A program made the position numbers and the translations under genes. From Takakia lepidozioides (lineage: Eukaryota; Plantae; Bryophyta): a stretch of 64,000 bases of DNA. Under the pieces are notes generated by a model. That model made no database searches. It was not told where the DNA came from and saw only the letters and a list, made by a program, of their open reading frames with translations. The stretch is from positions 9,052,001 to 9,116,000 of the forward strand of contig CM060731.1 of assembly GCA_030704615.1 (NCBI GenBank), given 5' to 3'. Below are positions 12,201-26,296 of this stretch, in pieces (positions within the stretch are counted from its first letter, which is position 1; each line of letters begins with the position of its first letter).

Positions 12201-15059
12201 CCCATGGAGTCATACCTAAGACTTTTGAGTTGGAGGAGTTACTATATGTCCATTGTGAAAAGCCTTCAGAACTGAAGGAGGTGCATGTGAAAGGAGGCCC
12301 ACTTGTGTCAGGCAATCGTGCAATTATGGCCAACCTGAGTGAGCCTCAGCTGCAAAAATTTGTTACCAACCATCCGAACTCCGTAATTCAGTGAGTGATT
12401 TTCACTACGCTTTCAATTTGTCATGATCTGGTACTACATGCTTTTATACCAGAAAGTTTTGTGGAAATCAAGGTTACACCTTTATTCTGTTCAAAATTAT
12501 ATGAAATGCTATATATAACTGCATCTATGGGGCTTGCCCTGTGGCTATGACCAGCTGCAGTGGCACTTGTCAAGTTGCATGGTGCTATTGGCTTACTAGT
12601 AAATTTGCTCTGATCTGAGAATAGAATTACACTAGGGTTGCAAATCAACAAGGCTTTTTAATGTAAAAGCAGAAACATTTGGACCCTCGTGTGAGAGATA
12701 ATCAGCTCCTCTATACAATTATAAGTACATATTGAGGAGTTCTTGCTCTCCTCTGCTGCCTGCGAATCATATAGACCATGCCACTTGATGGATGGACAGG
12801 GATCTACATATGATTTCATGTACTGCATACAGCACACATCTACCTCTCTCTCTTAGATACATCATAGCCAGTACAATAGTAATATTTCTTTCTTTCTACG
12901 TTATAAAGTACCGATTCAATTCATTTCATTTCTTGTTTCTTGTTTCATTTTGTCCCACAAGCTCTTTGAGCTTCCTGCGGACGTTATAAAGTTCCATGTC
13001 ATTTTCATCTCTTTCCTTCTTTTCTCCTGTCAGGTCTGGTGAACAAGTGTGCAGATCTTTAGTTGTTGTGTACTCAGGCTCCCAGTCGGTCAAGCACATG
13101 TTTATACACATCTAAACTATGTGCAAAGGGCATATATCATGTATGCATGACTCTCTTAGTCTCCATGAACAGGACAGGTTACAAGCAAGATAGGTGTTTC
13201 TTTTTCATTGGATTTATTTGTAGCTGATAGCGGATATGCACATTCTGTGCAGGTATACCAACAAGAACTTGGGTCGTATGTACCCTTTTGGATTACGGTT
13301 TGACTCCTCAAATCCAGACCCAATGATTGCTTGGAGCCATGGCATCCAGGTCGCAGCAATCAACATGCAAGGACGGGACCGCCCAGTGTGGGTGACAAAG
13401 GGCTTTTTCTCCAGAAATGGTGGATGTGGCTTTGTGAAAAAACCTGACATCTTGCTACCGGGATTTGGATATGACCTGGAACAAATCTTTAAATTGCCGT
13501 TCAAGCTTGTTCTTCAGGTCGGTCTCTGAAGTTACAGAATTACAAAACTAGTCTGATGCAATAGGGATATCTGCCCACCAACATTATACACGTTCATCTT
13601 CTTTTCATCTGTCAAAGGCTGACCAACCATCCACAATGGAGACAAAATCATGTTACTGCGTCCTACTGTAGGTTGAGGGCTTAGCTTGTTGCTCAAGCAG
13701 ATAAGTGGGATGTACTTCAGCGATCCTTGCCAAGGCAATATTCGGAGATGACTTTGATAGGGTTAGGACGTACAGTACTGAGAATTGCATGAAACATCCT
13801 ATGCCCGTCCAGTCGGATCTCTCCGCTGATCACCCATTTTCTGCTCTTCTTTTCCTTGACTCAAACTTCAAATGACCCACATGCAAGTCCCTTCCATGGC
13901 ATTGCAAACGTTTCCTCCTTGATGGGGGGTGCCACTGTGTGGCAGTTTTGCTTATACTTTTGGTGTGGTATGCAGGTAAGAGTTCTATTGGGAACTAACT
14001 GGCAGAAACGCTTTGATTTGTTTAAAGACCCGGACTTCTATGTCAAGGTCAGCTCAGCTCTCTTCATCTGCTTTTGTGTCTTGGTGTTTACCTGCATTGA
14101 ATAGGTGTTGATGGCCTTGAGATTGGCTGTTTGGTGGTTTCCTCCTGCTTCATATTCTTATCCTCTCACCTCTTTTAATGTCCAGTAGATGTCTGGTGGA
14201 GTGATATCTCTCCTGTTCACCATAAACGAAGCAAAGCTCTGGAAGCCAAGTGATTGAGTGGATGGAGATGTTAGGTTGCGATGCATGGCGTGGCCAGTGA
14301 TGAAGCCAAGAAACAGACTCAGATCTGCTACAGGTCTCGAGAACCCCACTGGGAATCTGAGAAGTTTGACTTTCCTCTCCAAGGTGTGCCCTCACCCATT
14401 TCATGTTTTCGATGCATTTTCTCAGTGGGGAAATTAGTTTTGTTCATATTGTGAGAGTTTCTTGTATGTTCGAATGTAAATTAAAGTCAATCATCGACAA
14501 TGCCGACTTGTTTATGAGACTGAGTGTGAGCGACACTCGCCTAGGACGTAAGTAGTTTGGTTTCTCAGGGCAAGGTGTACCATCTGCATGCCTTATCTAG
14601 CAAGATGTCATGGTAGACTTATTTCTATGGTGTGGGTTACCAAGTTGCTCAGTAGAGTTGGAGGATGTCACTAAGTAGCAATCTTAGGTGACATGGATTC
14701 CACTTGTTTGCGTGAATCTAAGGGATGCCTGTAAGCTTTCACCAGTGACTTGAGGTTTTCCCATTTGACCATTGAAAAAGGTTCAGAGCATCCTTGATGA
14801 GCACGACTTGGGCCAAGCTTCAAATCTGAGAGTTTTGCCCTTGTAACTTTTGCCAGTGCCGGAGATAGCAGTTCTAAGACTCGAGGTATGGGAACATGAC
14901 AAAATCCGTAGTGATTTTGTTGGCCAAGCCTGTATGCCGGTGAATGAGTTGCGTTTTGGAATCCGGTCAGTGGCCTTGCGCTCCAGGAAGGGAAAGCTAA
15001 AGGGCTCCAAGTTGTTATGTCATTTTGACTCGTATTCTCTGCCGATGCAAGTTGATTGA
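9202..15059 (+). CDS. PLC: Phosphoinositide-specific phospholipase C (EF-like, X, Y and C2 domains), 9 exons
   Basis: Exons 9202-9522, 10241-10431, 10903-11038, 11345-11485, 12020-12390, 13253-13517, 13976-14047, 14275-14383, 14857-15059, all GT-AG and in phase. Motifs: [41 protein letters not shown]2 domain PDFYVK...[11 protein letters not shown]...[10 protein letters not shown]. Confidence 0.95.
12895..13015 (+). repeat. 3' tail of a non-LTR retroelement or SINE family (AAGCTCTTTGAGCTTYCTGCGGACGTTATAAAG + (ATTTC)n)
   Basis: Near-identical ~50-nt motif followed by ATTTC/TTTCA repeats recurs at 39523-39570 (-), 47540-47595 (+) and 49998-50060 (+). Confidence 0.6.
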
Positions 15060-15517
15060 AGTTCATCTGTCTCAAAAAATGAGGCAAGTACAATTACGAT
15101 TGCACCAGCTTGTAGCATACTTGTACGTTTGGGGTGGTTAGGAGTCTAACCAAATACTGCATTGCTAGACACAAAGCAAAAGTTGGAAACACTACGATCT
15201 TTTTGGTTTGGGTGTAGGTCTACCAGATGCCAGCAATGTTTTTACATGCACTAACTCAGCCCAGGTTGATACGACTACAGTCTAAGATGCCATGATAGTC
15301 ATCAAATTCTCTATCATCTGGACATTTTTTCAGTGTTAAAATTTGTCTTGTGTCATCTGGTACCTTTGAAATGACACTAAAACTCTTGGATTTGGGCCTC
15401 CTTTTTTTCCTTCATTAAGGTTCCCACTGTTTTGAATCTTCTCACATACACAACAACCCAGAGACTTAGCATTCGTGAGACAGTTGTTGCTTGGAGAAAG
15501 CTTCGGTAATGTTTAGT

Positions 15518-17994
15518 TTACAAAGTGGCCAAGGTTCTGAAGTTGATAGGGTATGTGAGAGAATTACTGCTCCAATACTTTTTGAAGAGAATATTTTCTA
15601 CATGCTCTGTAGAGTGGACGAAATCCCAGTAAAGGAACTTGGATGGGTGTCGACAACGTGATGGTGTAACCCCGGGCAAATACGAAGGCACGGACTTTCC
15701 ACATTGAACTTGTGCATTGAGTGCACCGGCTCCACAGCAAGCTGCTTTGGTATTCTTCAAGCCTGTGAAATAAACAGTTTGTTGTGGTTAGAAACACTGA
15801 TTAGAACAGTTGCAAGAGTTGACTATGTAGAGTTCTCTTCACATCCAGAGTCTCCCTAAAACATTGGAACAAAACTTCCCCTTGAATCCGTCTGGCCGCC
15901 TATGCAATGATGCATTTTCAAAGAATTTGTGCTACTGCATTCAAAAGAACTTGGTACGATGCTTACCAAAGGCTTTTCCATCAGTGATCATCGAGTATAA
16001 AAGGTCATAGCGGTCGGCAAGCACGATATTGAAGTCTGGAAGCACAACTTGTAGACCGTGTACTAACTGCTTCAAACCCCCATTGAATCCCAGAGCAAAC
16101 TGATTTGCTTCATATAGACATTCGCCTGGATTAGTAGGGTATGCCGCCAGGCTGACTATAGGCGAGCACCCAATTGGTCCAGCGCCAAATACAATGGCCT
16201 TCCTTGCCCCAGATTCATACACTTCCTGCCATGAGCCATCAGAATGCAGAACATATCATCATGTGATCCTGGATATGCACAGTCAACAAAAGTGAACCTC
16301 CACCAGAATATTCATGCAGTAGAGAAGTTTTGAATCGGTGCCCTTCCAAGCCTTGTTGCTAACACTCTCTGGAGAAGCGATGTTTTCAAGTAAAAGCGAT
16401 GACTAGAAGTAATAACTTAAGAAATTTAAAACCTCTGTCAACATATGGGTGCAGACACCTGCCGAATGAATGAAGGGATGTGTAGCAAGACAGTACTCAC
16501 AATCAGGGTATCTTTGTATGATTCAATCACCAGAGTGATATATTGGGTGGCATTAAACTCCTTCTGGAGCTCAGGATTCTGAAAGTAGCTAGTAAGATCA
16601 TTTGAACCGCTCGCAATGAGGAAGATTGACTTGGAGATCAACTTCTGAGCACCGTCTGCACCTAGTTTGTTGTACAAAAGTGCCCTCACAATTCCATTAT
16701 ATTGCTCCAGTTGGACACTCATTGGAAGATCCTGCAGTCATCCAATAGTGGTCATTATAAACTTTGTCAGCACAAGCTTCATCTAGTTCAGAGATCAAGT
16801 ATTTGAATGGTAAAGTAGAGTCAGCCTAGAAGTGGTGCCTGCTTAGAAGCGTTCAGAGGCAGAGTTCCTAGGAAGCGTTGCTCATGAAGGTGTCTATATC
16901 AATTTAGAGCCTTTGCGCCAAACAGGGTCTAAAAGATCGTGTGCATAGCCAGGCTCCAAGTTGACACCCAGTTTGGTCGAAGAAGCCCCCAGTCTGTAGA
17001 GAGATGTTCAGTGTAATCGGCACCTTGTCCACCTTCCATTGGTTTTGAATTAGAGAGGAGAAGTAGCAACAGAAAGCTTAATGTCCAGCTGATTCACTTA
17101 CAGTGCCATTGTTGGTGTTATTGAGGAGGCCACTTCCGCCCGAGGCGAAGTTTACTCCCTTGGTGAAGGAAGCATTGGGTTGCAGAAATGGTGGTACAAA
17201 TGGGAGTCCCAATGCTTGAGCTGTACTCCTTCACAAAGCTCCAAATTAGGATCCACCCTCTCGACTGTGGTGTTGCTTATCATCAAACAACCATCCGTCA
17301 TTGGTTCTGTCAAAAAGCTTGCACTAAGATCCTTCAATTATATATACATTGAGGGGGGTACAGCTCCAGACTCACGTAGATATAGAGGGTATCAAACTAT
17401 TGACGCTGCAAGTAGTTGATAATTGCTTAATAAAGAGAGGCTCTAGCGAGGAGGTAGTTTCTGATCTACCAGTCCAAATCCTCCTTAGCTTGTCGATTTT
17501 TCACCACAATTGTATCAATAAGGTTGAGATTTACAGGTTCTTCCAGACTTTATTTAAACTTGTTTCAAACTGTTGAATGTCACATCTGTTTTCCAACTAT
17601 ACCCCAACTATCAGCAGGTCTAGGAATCGATTAACTTATACCTGGACAACGTCAACCCCAGACTCGATGGAGTTAACGCTGAGACTTTCTACTGTACATC
17701 TGGAACGTCTTGCGATGAGTACCGAGTGTGAGGCTTACCGATGAAATCCCCAATGTTGCGGCCATTTGAGAAGCGTCCAGTTGGCTTGTGAAAGAACGTC
17801 TCGCCATAGGGTGGGAAATTGGCCCGCAATGACGCATTGGGCAGAAAATTGTTGGTCCCTACGTCTACTAGGGAATCTCCAAATACAAAATACCCAGGTA
17901 TGTCGAATTTCTTACATGAGCTTGCGTCTACGGAGAGAGCAGGAAACAAACACAGAGCAATCGTGGCCAACGCCCCAATTCTTGTCAAATCCAT
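15518..17994 (-). CDS. GDSL esterase/lipase, secreted, 5 exons
   Basis: Exons 17994-17739, 17220-17102, 16731-16501, 16225-15967, 15762-15518. Signal peptide, FVFGDSLVDVG, PTGRFSNG, GVNFASGGSG, GSND, GPIGCSP, and catalytic D-x-x-H in YWDFVH. Confidence 0.95.
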
Positions 17995-19041
17995 GACTAC
18001 CAGGGACCTCGAACTTCCTCCCCGGGATGAATTCAGAATGGATCCCCACTCCTGTGTGACAGTGATGACGTTAATCTGGAGATTTCGATCACTGTAATCT
18101 CAACTTGTTCTCCTCGATCACTGGAAAGAGCAGCCTAGTGCAAGGTGGGAGAAACAAAAAGCTCGATCACAACAACGCGGTAACCAGAGAGAGGTAGAGA
18201 GGGGATCGCAGCTGACAGTACGAGAATGCAGATCTGCAGACTAGTCATCCACACAACTCTGCGCTTGGAGTCGACACTGCGGATCGGAAGAAAAGCTAAC
18301 AAACAACAAATGGATCAATATAGTTGCAACATTAAACCGACCAACGTCTTCAAATCTCGTCTTTTGGTACACCCGCAGTCGAAATCGCTTACCCTCTGCT
18401 CCGATGCACTTGATCCATTGTAATCCAGTATAACTCATTCCGTTATAGCGCTAGTACTACCCCCACACTCATTTCTCTTACACTGGTAGACTTGAGCATG
18501 AAGCTGGAGTGCGTGGAAGGAACCAAGCCGCACCACCGCACCATGTGACTCGTCCGCTTCTGTATATCACGACAACCATTCACACGCCGATCGATGCGTT
18601 GCTGGCAGTTTTTTCACGCATTTGACCATGCCGACTAAGCCCGAGAAGTTTTGTCAGAGTAGGCGAGAGCGTAGGCTGGGCTTGGAACGTAGCTGAGAGC
18701 ACGTCCGCACGACCTCGGCTCTCTTGCTTGCCTGTAAAGCGCTGCAAGCAGGCAATGTAGTACGGAGTCAACGTAGCCGCCAGGGATTCTCAAGTAGCAA
18801 TCCAGGCAGCAACGAATCCAGATGGGTTTTGTAAAGAGCCAGATACGTACCTAGTACCTACATACTTGCTGTCGGGGTTCATACAGCCGCCCAGGCCGGT
18901 TGGTTTGTGCACCCAGCCTGGGAGACCAGAACAGATTGAAGTCAATCCACAACTACACTAACTGTCTTTGCCATTGTGCGCCCTGTGCATTTTTGTATAG
19001 CCTTGTCATAACGGACGAGGCTGCAGGGCGCATAGGGGACG

Positions 19042-21000
19042 TTAACCCTTAAAGGACGAGCCCGTTTTTGGTGGGCCCATTCCAAAACTGAACATGCCCT
19101 CATGTTTGAGGGCATATCTGATATTTGACATTCATCCCCCTACCTACTTCAAGAACCTACTGTAAAAATTTCAGTTGATTTCATAGCATCATTACGAAGA
19201 TCTTATAACAAAAATGCAAGCTGCAAATGTTTACTGTGCTCTAAGTGAAAAAATGGTTTGACCAAGCAGTTGGCCTGTGCTAAATGTCCAGACGTCTAGA
19301 CATCTAGCACGTTGTCTGAGTTAGGTTGGCTATTTGCATGGGCCCACATGGCTAGTGCAACTCGTGGCTAATGCACATGGGCCCACATGGAGTGGATGCA
19401 ATATATATAACTCCAGCCAAAGCTAGCGTAAGTAAGAGCCTCTTCCCTTGGGCTCTATTGAGTGGATGCAATACCTATTCCAAGGTTCTAGATTGCAATG
19501 ATGGTGCCCAAGTGCCGCCATGGGCGACTCCGAAGCTGCCTAACCAAGAGAAAGTGGTGTGAGAGAGAGAGCGCGCCTAAGCGGACGAGGGGAGAGGCTG
19601 GCGGCACCATGGCAAAAGGAGCATAACAGAGGCCTTGAGAGCACTATGGCTACACTCTGAGGTGAAAGGACCACTCCAGCAAAAGGAGCAAAATGGACGC
19701 CTTGGTCAACACTATGGCAATACTCTTGAAGGTGGGGAAGGGGAGGAGAAACTTGATGGTAGGGAGCGGTTAACCCCTAAAGGATGAAGCGACCCAAATT
19801 GGGTCGGTTTGGTTTAGAAAAGTATCTGGTTATCACTGGGGTTAAGCCTGATTTGGGCATGTTTAGGCTCATTGGATAGGAGGTGTCATTTCCCAATTCG
19901 TCATTGGGCCTGGCCCCAGCCACGTGGAACACCTAGATTCTGTCACACTCTTGGTTTTCAGCCCCATTTTGGGCAGCTAACCTACCCTCCATCCTACGTG
20001 TCAACTAGGGTCAGTTTAGGGAGATTGCGCATAGTGGCGCGTCTTCCAACACGCTTTATTGCGGCCCTCCACCCTAAAGCGCCCCCCATTCCCTAAGGGT
20101 CGGAAGCCCCATGCGTGTGCAAATGCCTCAACCCACATATCTTAGGGCTACTGGCCAAAAAATATAGGCAAACATAGGTGCACATAGAGAAATCGTGGGC
20201 AGGGGCAAAAATCATATGAAGGGAAGCTCTGATTGGCGCGAATTTTTTTTGTGCTTACACTAACCTGCCCACTACAGTACAAATGGAGCCATTGACAATT
20301 CAACGGTTCAGATCTTTTCACCGAATTTTCGAATACGGTTTTGTGCTTGCCCCTTTGAAATTGGAAAATTTGACCCCCAAATTGGCCAATGTGATATTTA
20401 TTTTTATGTGCCAGGATTTGAATGGGTGTGTAAGAACAGCAAGATGTAAAACTATTTTATATATACCCCGATCGTTCAAAAAATAAATTAAGCAAAGAAA
20501 CATGGACATCTAGCAAGTTGTCCCCAAAAAGGTGGCTATAGCATGGCCCCACATGGCTACGACATGCTATCATGTGGAGATGGCAATTGCATGTGGGGCC
20601 CGCATAGAATCCATGCCAAGTAACGCCAAGAAGGTTCTAGAATGGAGGGGGTGCTGGAGATGTGGCAAGGTCATTTTGGCAATCTATAGCTAAATTGGGA
20701 GGAGGTTCTAGAGATGGAGGGTTTTTGAGTAAGGAGGAGGATCGAATGACAGAAGGAAGAGGGTTGAGTAGGGAGCATAATAAAGGACACTGAGGAGGAG
20801 AGGGATGGTAGATTAGTTGGTGGCAAGGTGGGCAGTGGATGCACCAATGGGCATTGCTAAGAGGCCATGGGCAGGGGATCCATGTATGCTTCAGGTCCTG
20901 CTGTACATCACATCTTTTCTCTTTCTTGAAGTGTATAGGTGGATTGGTCCTCATCATAACCTTCTTAGCATGATGATGTAACTGGTATACAAGCTGTTGA
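19042..21000. mobile_element. Nested remnants of TTAA|CCC-ended non-autonomous DNA transposons (ends at 19042 and 19770); right limit approximate
   Basis: TTAACCCTTAAAGGACGAG (19042) and TTAACCCCTAAAGGATGA (19770) match the termini of the 33565-34426 element. Internal segments at 19295-19400 and 20505-20600 resemble each other. No coding capacity. Confidence 0.55.
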
Positions 21001-21869
21001 TATAACGACCAACCGACGAGGTTTTATGCAAACTTCTTTTATTTTGTCATGCGAAGGCTAAATTTTCTGCTCAAAACTTACATTTCCAACGCACTTGTTT
21101 ATTTCCCATTACGACACGATAGGCCTCTACACCGAATTTATACAACATCAGAGTGAATAGAAGACGGAATGAATATATTTGCTAAGGAGTGCTTTGTATG
21201 TGAAATTGGGGTATTTTCAATCTGTAAATACACTAGGGGATAAATGTCGCTTAATTGGGGGGTATTTTCGTTCTTACCAACCATTTATAGCAGCAAAGTT
21301 TGGTCTAAAGTTCAACTCATGGAGTTGAGTCTATGATAAGTTTGGAAAAATGTTGAAAGAACAAGTTCTATACTAATGAACATTCTAGAAACAATAGGAA
21401 GACGAACGCGATGAGGAGGTGACAACTAGCTACAACTGAATCGGGCGCATAAGCCATAACTTGACGTGGAAGAGACGGGCTGCATGAGCTCTACTGAGAA
21501 TTGTGCTCTCTCATTGTGACAAGGAGCCGATGGTGATTGTTCACAAAGCAAGCTGCAGATCCTTATGAGATAATAAAAAAGGTAGTTGAGGATAGATAGA
21601 AATAGGATGATGCACGGTGATAAGGTTGGGTGGACTGAACAATGAAGTTACATTCTGCAATATAGCATAAATGGTAAAGATTGAATTTGTACCAAGCGGT
21701 GTAATGTTGTTAAAGATGTTGAACAAATAGAATGGAAAAGAATATAATGTATGGATTTGTGGAGTAAAGCTTAAACGGCTTTACAAGTGAACCATTAGAA
21801 GAAAATATTGAATCGGTTTATATTAGTTAGCAGAGCAATTTCGGATCTTAGATTGTGGACAATGAACAT

Positions 21870-21965
21870 TTAGCCTAGTGGTAAAGGCACAACCATCTCA
21901 CCAAGTGGTACTTGCTTCATTAAACCACATGTTGGCTATCACAAATGTGTCTATCTTCCCATGAA
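21870..21965 (+). repeat. Degenerate tRNA-derived SINE-like repeat
   Basis: A-box-like TAGCCTAGTGGTAA; downstream TAAACCAC...GTGTCTATCTTCC aligns by eye with the copy at 56790-56910. Confidence 0.4.
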
Positions 21966-22792
21966 ACAGTATTAGCCCTTTGGGGGTAAAGTAACACTAG
22001 AGTTATGCTTGCTTCGGCAATGTGTTCACATTTTTCTTTTGGATTGTGTGGTTTATGAGTCAACTCATCCATGGGTCAAAGAAGTTCAATACTGGAGATC
22101 AAAGAAAAATGTGTTGTTAAGTCTACATCAATGAACGAACTGAGTAAGATGCAACAAGTTCACAACCTTGCACTCAACGACGCAATGGCGTGAGCGTTGC
22201 ACGTGAGCGCGCGAGCGTACGCTCACGCCAGCTGACGTGGCGTGAGCCTGCACACATGCTGACGTGGCGTGAGCGTCATGTCAGCATGCTAATGTGGCGG
22301 TAAATGATGACATGGCACTGTCCGTCAACTGCCACGTCAGCATTAACATGCGCCGCCTATAACCGTGGATGGTCCTATGACCGTGGAATTAATGCAGGGA
22401 ATCTTGCCTAAATAGAATGAAGACGAGCGTTGAGGCCTACAATTGCAGCATCCAACATTGTGCAATTACAAATGCTTGTTTCACTTTTACAATTACGAAG
22501 ACGACAAAATATCCTCACAAAGTGTGCGCCATAAAGGCTGCAACGAGAAGACTTCCTCCCTCCTCAAATAACAATGAGAGTTATGATCATCTTCAAAAGA
22601 TGATTGTAGTGCATAGCGACAGCAAGACATGTAGACTTCGAACGGTGCAATGACAAATGTGCACTACCTAAAAGTTGTCACTCAGAGCTCACTCCGTATA
22701 GTTGGAGGCCATATCATTGCACAGCCGACGAATTGATGTGAATTACACATTTCAAATCATGGTCATCCACATACCACATTACATAGTTCATG

Positions 22793-25700
22793 CTACCCAT
22801 GTGTTGTATCCCGCTGCAAAAGAGTATCGACCTCGTTGAAACTCATAGTGGTCTGGTGAATGAAGTTGTCACGTTTGGGATCGCAAACCATCCTCCTCAA
22901 AAATATGAAATACAAATGTTTGCAGGGTATGAATTTACCTCTCTTGCCCAAACTGGTTGATAGCATATTCACAAAATCAGGACATGTGCAATTGGGGAAA
23001 TTGGAAACCGTGATGTCGTAGGTCCTGTCATGAACAGCAGATGTGGAAGTGATGATTGTGAATACCCGACCATATCCTGGATCGGGTACTTCCGTGGTGC
23101 TTCCGACACGAGCTTGGAGCATTCTTGCGGACTCCACTTTGCCAAAGTGTTCAGCGGTTGGAGAGAAACGCCGAACGAGCTTTCCATCTCGTTTGATTGG
23201 CCACAAGTCAGGATTTGCCGAGGGGACCCGGGAGGACGCAGAAGTAGTAGCACATGCATGGAGTTGGGGTTGTCTCGCAAGGGAAAAACCTGCCTCCTCC
23301 AGCATTTCAATCTCCTGAAAGCTGAGATGTGTTCCCACCTTCACGGGCCAAACGGTTGGAGGAGATGGCTTCATCACTACGGAAGGACGCACAGTTCCAC
23401 GCACACATCTGGCACAATCATCTGCGCAGAACCAGAACTTGTGGTTCTTGGCTTCTGGTTGACCGTATGGACGCATCAAGCCCGTGAAAGTCGGAGCAGG
23501 AGTTCGGGCACCACCTCTGGATATAGATGAAGTGCACTTCTCGAAATTAGTTGCCCTGATCGCTGTACATTTCACACGAGACCCGACACTTGTGCGTTCT
23601 ATGTGCCAAACGTGGTCGGGGCATGCGGACTCAAGCACATCAAGGGGGTTGTTTCTCTCCTGCACCATTTCAGTGGCACGGTTTGATGCTGAAGCTTGCC
23701 GTCGTGTTGGAGGTTCCTCCACAATGGAGGTTCCGGACATGGAGCTGTCATGCAGGGGAACACGAGGCTTCGAGAAGTTATCACGGTCTGCCCTGTAGGA
23801 ATCTGAATCCGAACCAGGTGGAGTGTTCAATTTCCTCTTACAGGAGCCGAATCTCTCCTCCCCTTCAAGATGTGGAACTCTAGAAACAAGTGGCGTTCCC
23901 TGGGCATACATGCTCACCGCCCGTGCTATCTTGATTGGATCCCCAGATCTGTTTGCAGCACGCAACATCAACTCCCATTTGTCCGGACCCTTGCCACCAA
24001 CCCCACCTCGTAAGAAATCACGGTATCGGGTTTGTTGTTGCAAGGCACGTATCAAATCATCTGTTGTTGCCACATACAAATCCCGACCTCGTTTCCCAGA
24101 CTGCTGCAACCATGCATTGTGCACAGTTTCTGCCAAATTGCAAGATGGCATGTCCGCCATTTCCTCAATGGACATGTTCTGCAAAGAGGATAACCACACT
24201 TCAGAACAGTGCACAGGAAACAACATAAAGAAAGCAATGAGTCAAAAATATGGAAAGCAAATGTATGAATAAAGCATGAAATAGAAGCCTCGTACCATTG
24301 TCATGGCTGCTCCCCACTGTCTATACCGGAAGTGCCAAAACGCCAGCCAATCTTCCAATGCTCTCATACTCTCAAGTGATGCAGCTCCAGAAAAGAACAA
24401 CCAGGCACGAATTGTCTGGAACAAAGTGTCCGCCTCCTTCATTGTTCTAGCATCTTTGTACTCTTTGCACAATTTACGGTGCTGAGTCTGCATCTCTGGT
24501 TTGATGTCCGACTTTGTATGTTTTTCTAGAGATTGTGTCCAATGGAATAGACATGTACGCTCTCTTCCTGGCATAGGCACTTTTGGGTCGCCCGATCCGA
24601 AGACAACACGAATAGCATTGAAATTTGCTTGAGCACTATCCGCCATAAAACCTGCGAAATTTGGAGATGGCAGCCCATGACACGTATCAGGGAATTCCAC
24701 ATGAGCTTCTGGGATTCCGTATCCTCGGATTGCATGTCACAAACTGCAATTGTCATAACTCGTTGGTACACTGGATCGTAGACATGACAAGTCATTGTCG
24801 TCCAATCCTTCACTCGTTTCACATGATCAAACATAAGAAAACAGTTCTGCAAGTCCCCAGTCTTCTGCATCCGCTTCACGAGGCTAACCCCACTGCCCTC
24901 CCCAACAGTCGACATTTTGAAAAGAAAACTTTGATGCACCTTGACCTGGGAATACATTGTCCTGGATGTAATCGTACTTGCTCACTCGTTTCAATTCCAA
25001 AATATTGTCTATGTAGCCTCTGATCCCAGAGCCCATTCTCAATGCATTGATCTGATGCCGAATGTTAGGTGAACTTAAAGTGGAGAAATGATCCATGACC
25101 AGGTCCAATGCTGCACCGTCAAGTTTAGTCCCCACAGAATCTCCTTCACTCAAAATATGGCTTTCCAAGAAGGACTTGCTTGCGCCAAGAGCAATTGCAG
25201 ATGTTGTTGCGGATGGGTTTCTCCCGAACTCCTGTTTGATCAACCTCGATACTGTCTCAACACTCTCCCTGTAATCCCCCTTCGAGACAGGATGGTTATG
25301 GAATCCAAAATGCACACAAGCTCTCGTCATTGTATTCAAACGGTGGACAACATAGTACATTCTTGCTCCGCAGAGCGCCAAACAGGATGGCACAAGTTTG
25401 CAGAATTTGCAGACGAAAGTGTTTGCCGGTGGAGGGGCAGTCCCAGGCTGAAATGGATTTTCCGCCAGACCCTCCCATTCGCTTTGATTATGAACCCCAG
25501 ACTGAAGAAAGTGTCTGCAATTCAAATTATCACACCTAAGGTGTCCATTGCAAACTGTCCTCCTGAAAACAAGCTTGTCATCATTCTGAATATTGGATGT
25601 TTTTGTTCTGCACCACGGGTGCCCGTCGTGTTTCTTGTCCATTCCATGCATCATGATTGTTACACCTCCAACTCGCGGAGGAGGAGGCAGCTCGAATAGG

Positions 25701-26296
25701 ATATCGCCATCAAAAGTCTCCGGCAAGAACTTCACAGGCACCTGCTTCAAAGATTCCCAATCAATTCCCCGCAACTCACTTTTGAATCCAGCCATTCCTC
25801 CCATCGCCCGCAATTTTGGAATGACACTACAAATCTCTTCTTCATCAGCTTCTCCAACCACAGTAGGAAGGACTGGATTTGGAATTTCACTTATGTCATC
25901 ATCGGAAGAATCCGAAAGCTCAACGATTGGAGTGGAGGAAGTCTGTTCTTTTTTCACCACCACCTCCCTCTTGTCTTCAACGACCGAAGCAGCAGTCCCG
26001 GGCGTCACATATGACCCAAGGGACTTTCGCCGAGGCTCTCCAAGTACTCTGTATCGACCAGGACGCACTCTCCACTGGCTGATATGAGCCGTCTCATCAC
26101 GGTTTTGGAAAGAATATTTCACCAACTTCCCTTTCAGATCGTAAACCTCTTTCTCCAAAAAGATGGAGCCATTCTGCAGCTGAAAACGGGTAGCCAAGAC
26201 ATGTTCCAGAACAATTGCAAATCCATTGTCAAGGACTTCCTGGGAGAACGGCACTGGTTTGTCGTCTGAGAAGAACTCCGCTTCAGAGGAAGCCAT
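22793..26296 (-). pseudogene. MULE transposase (GCM-like Zn domain, DDE domain, C-terminal SWIM) with two frameshifts
   Basis: GCM-like W..T.N...C.G...C...C..C...H.HP region; DDE residues in MFDHVKR, FMADSAQA with CLFH, and NLAETVH; SWIM CTC...CKH. Intron 24295-24179. Frameshifts at ~24930 and ~24678, the latter looking like a deletion between CATG repeats. Confidence 0.85.

Noticed and set aside
21870-21930. tRNA gene (also at 56795)
   Set aside because: Only an A-box-like head is present and no cloverleaf can be folded; treated as SINE-like.
24670-24935. Programmed ribosomal frameshifts in the transposase
   Set aside because: There is no clear slippery site with downstream structure, one shift looks like a microhomology deletion, and the partner gene has three lesions too, so decay or assembly error is more likely.
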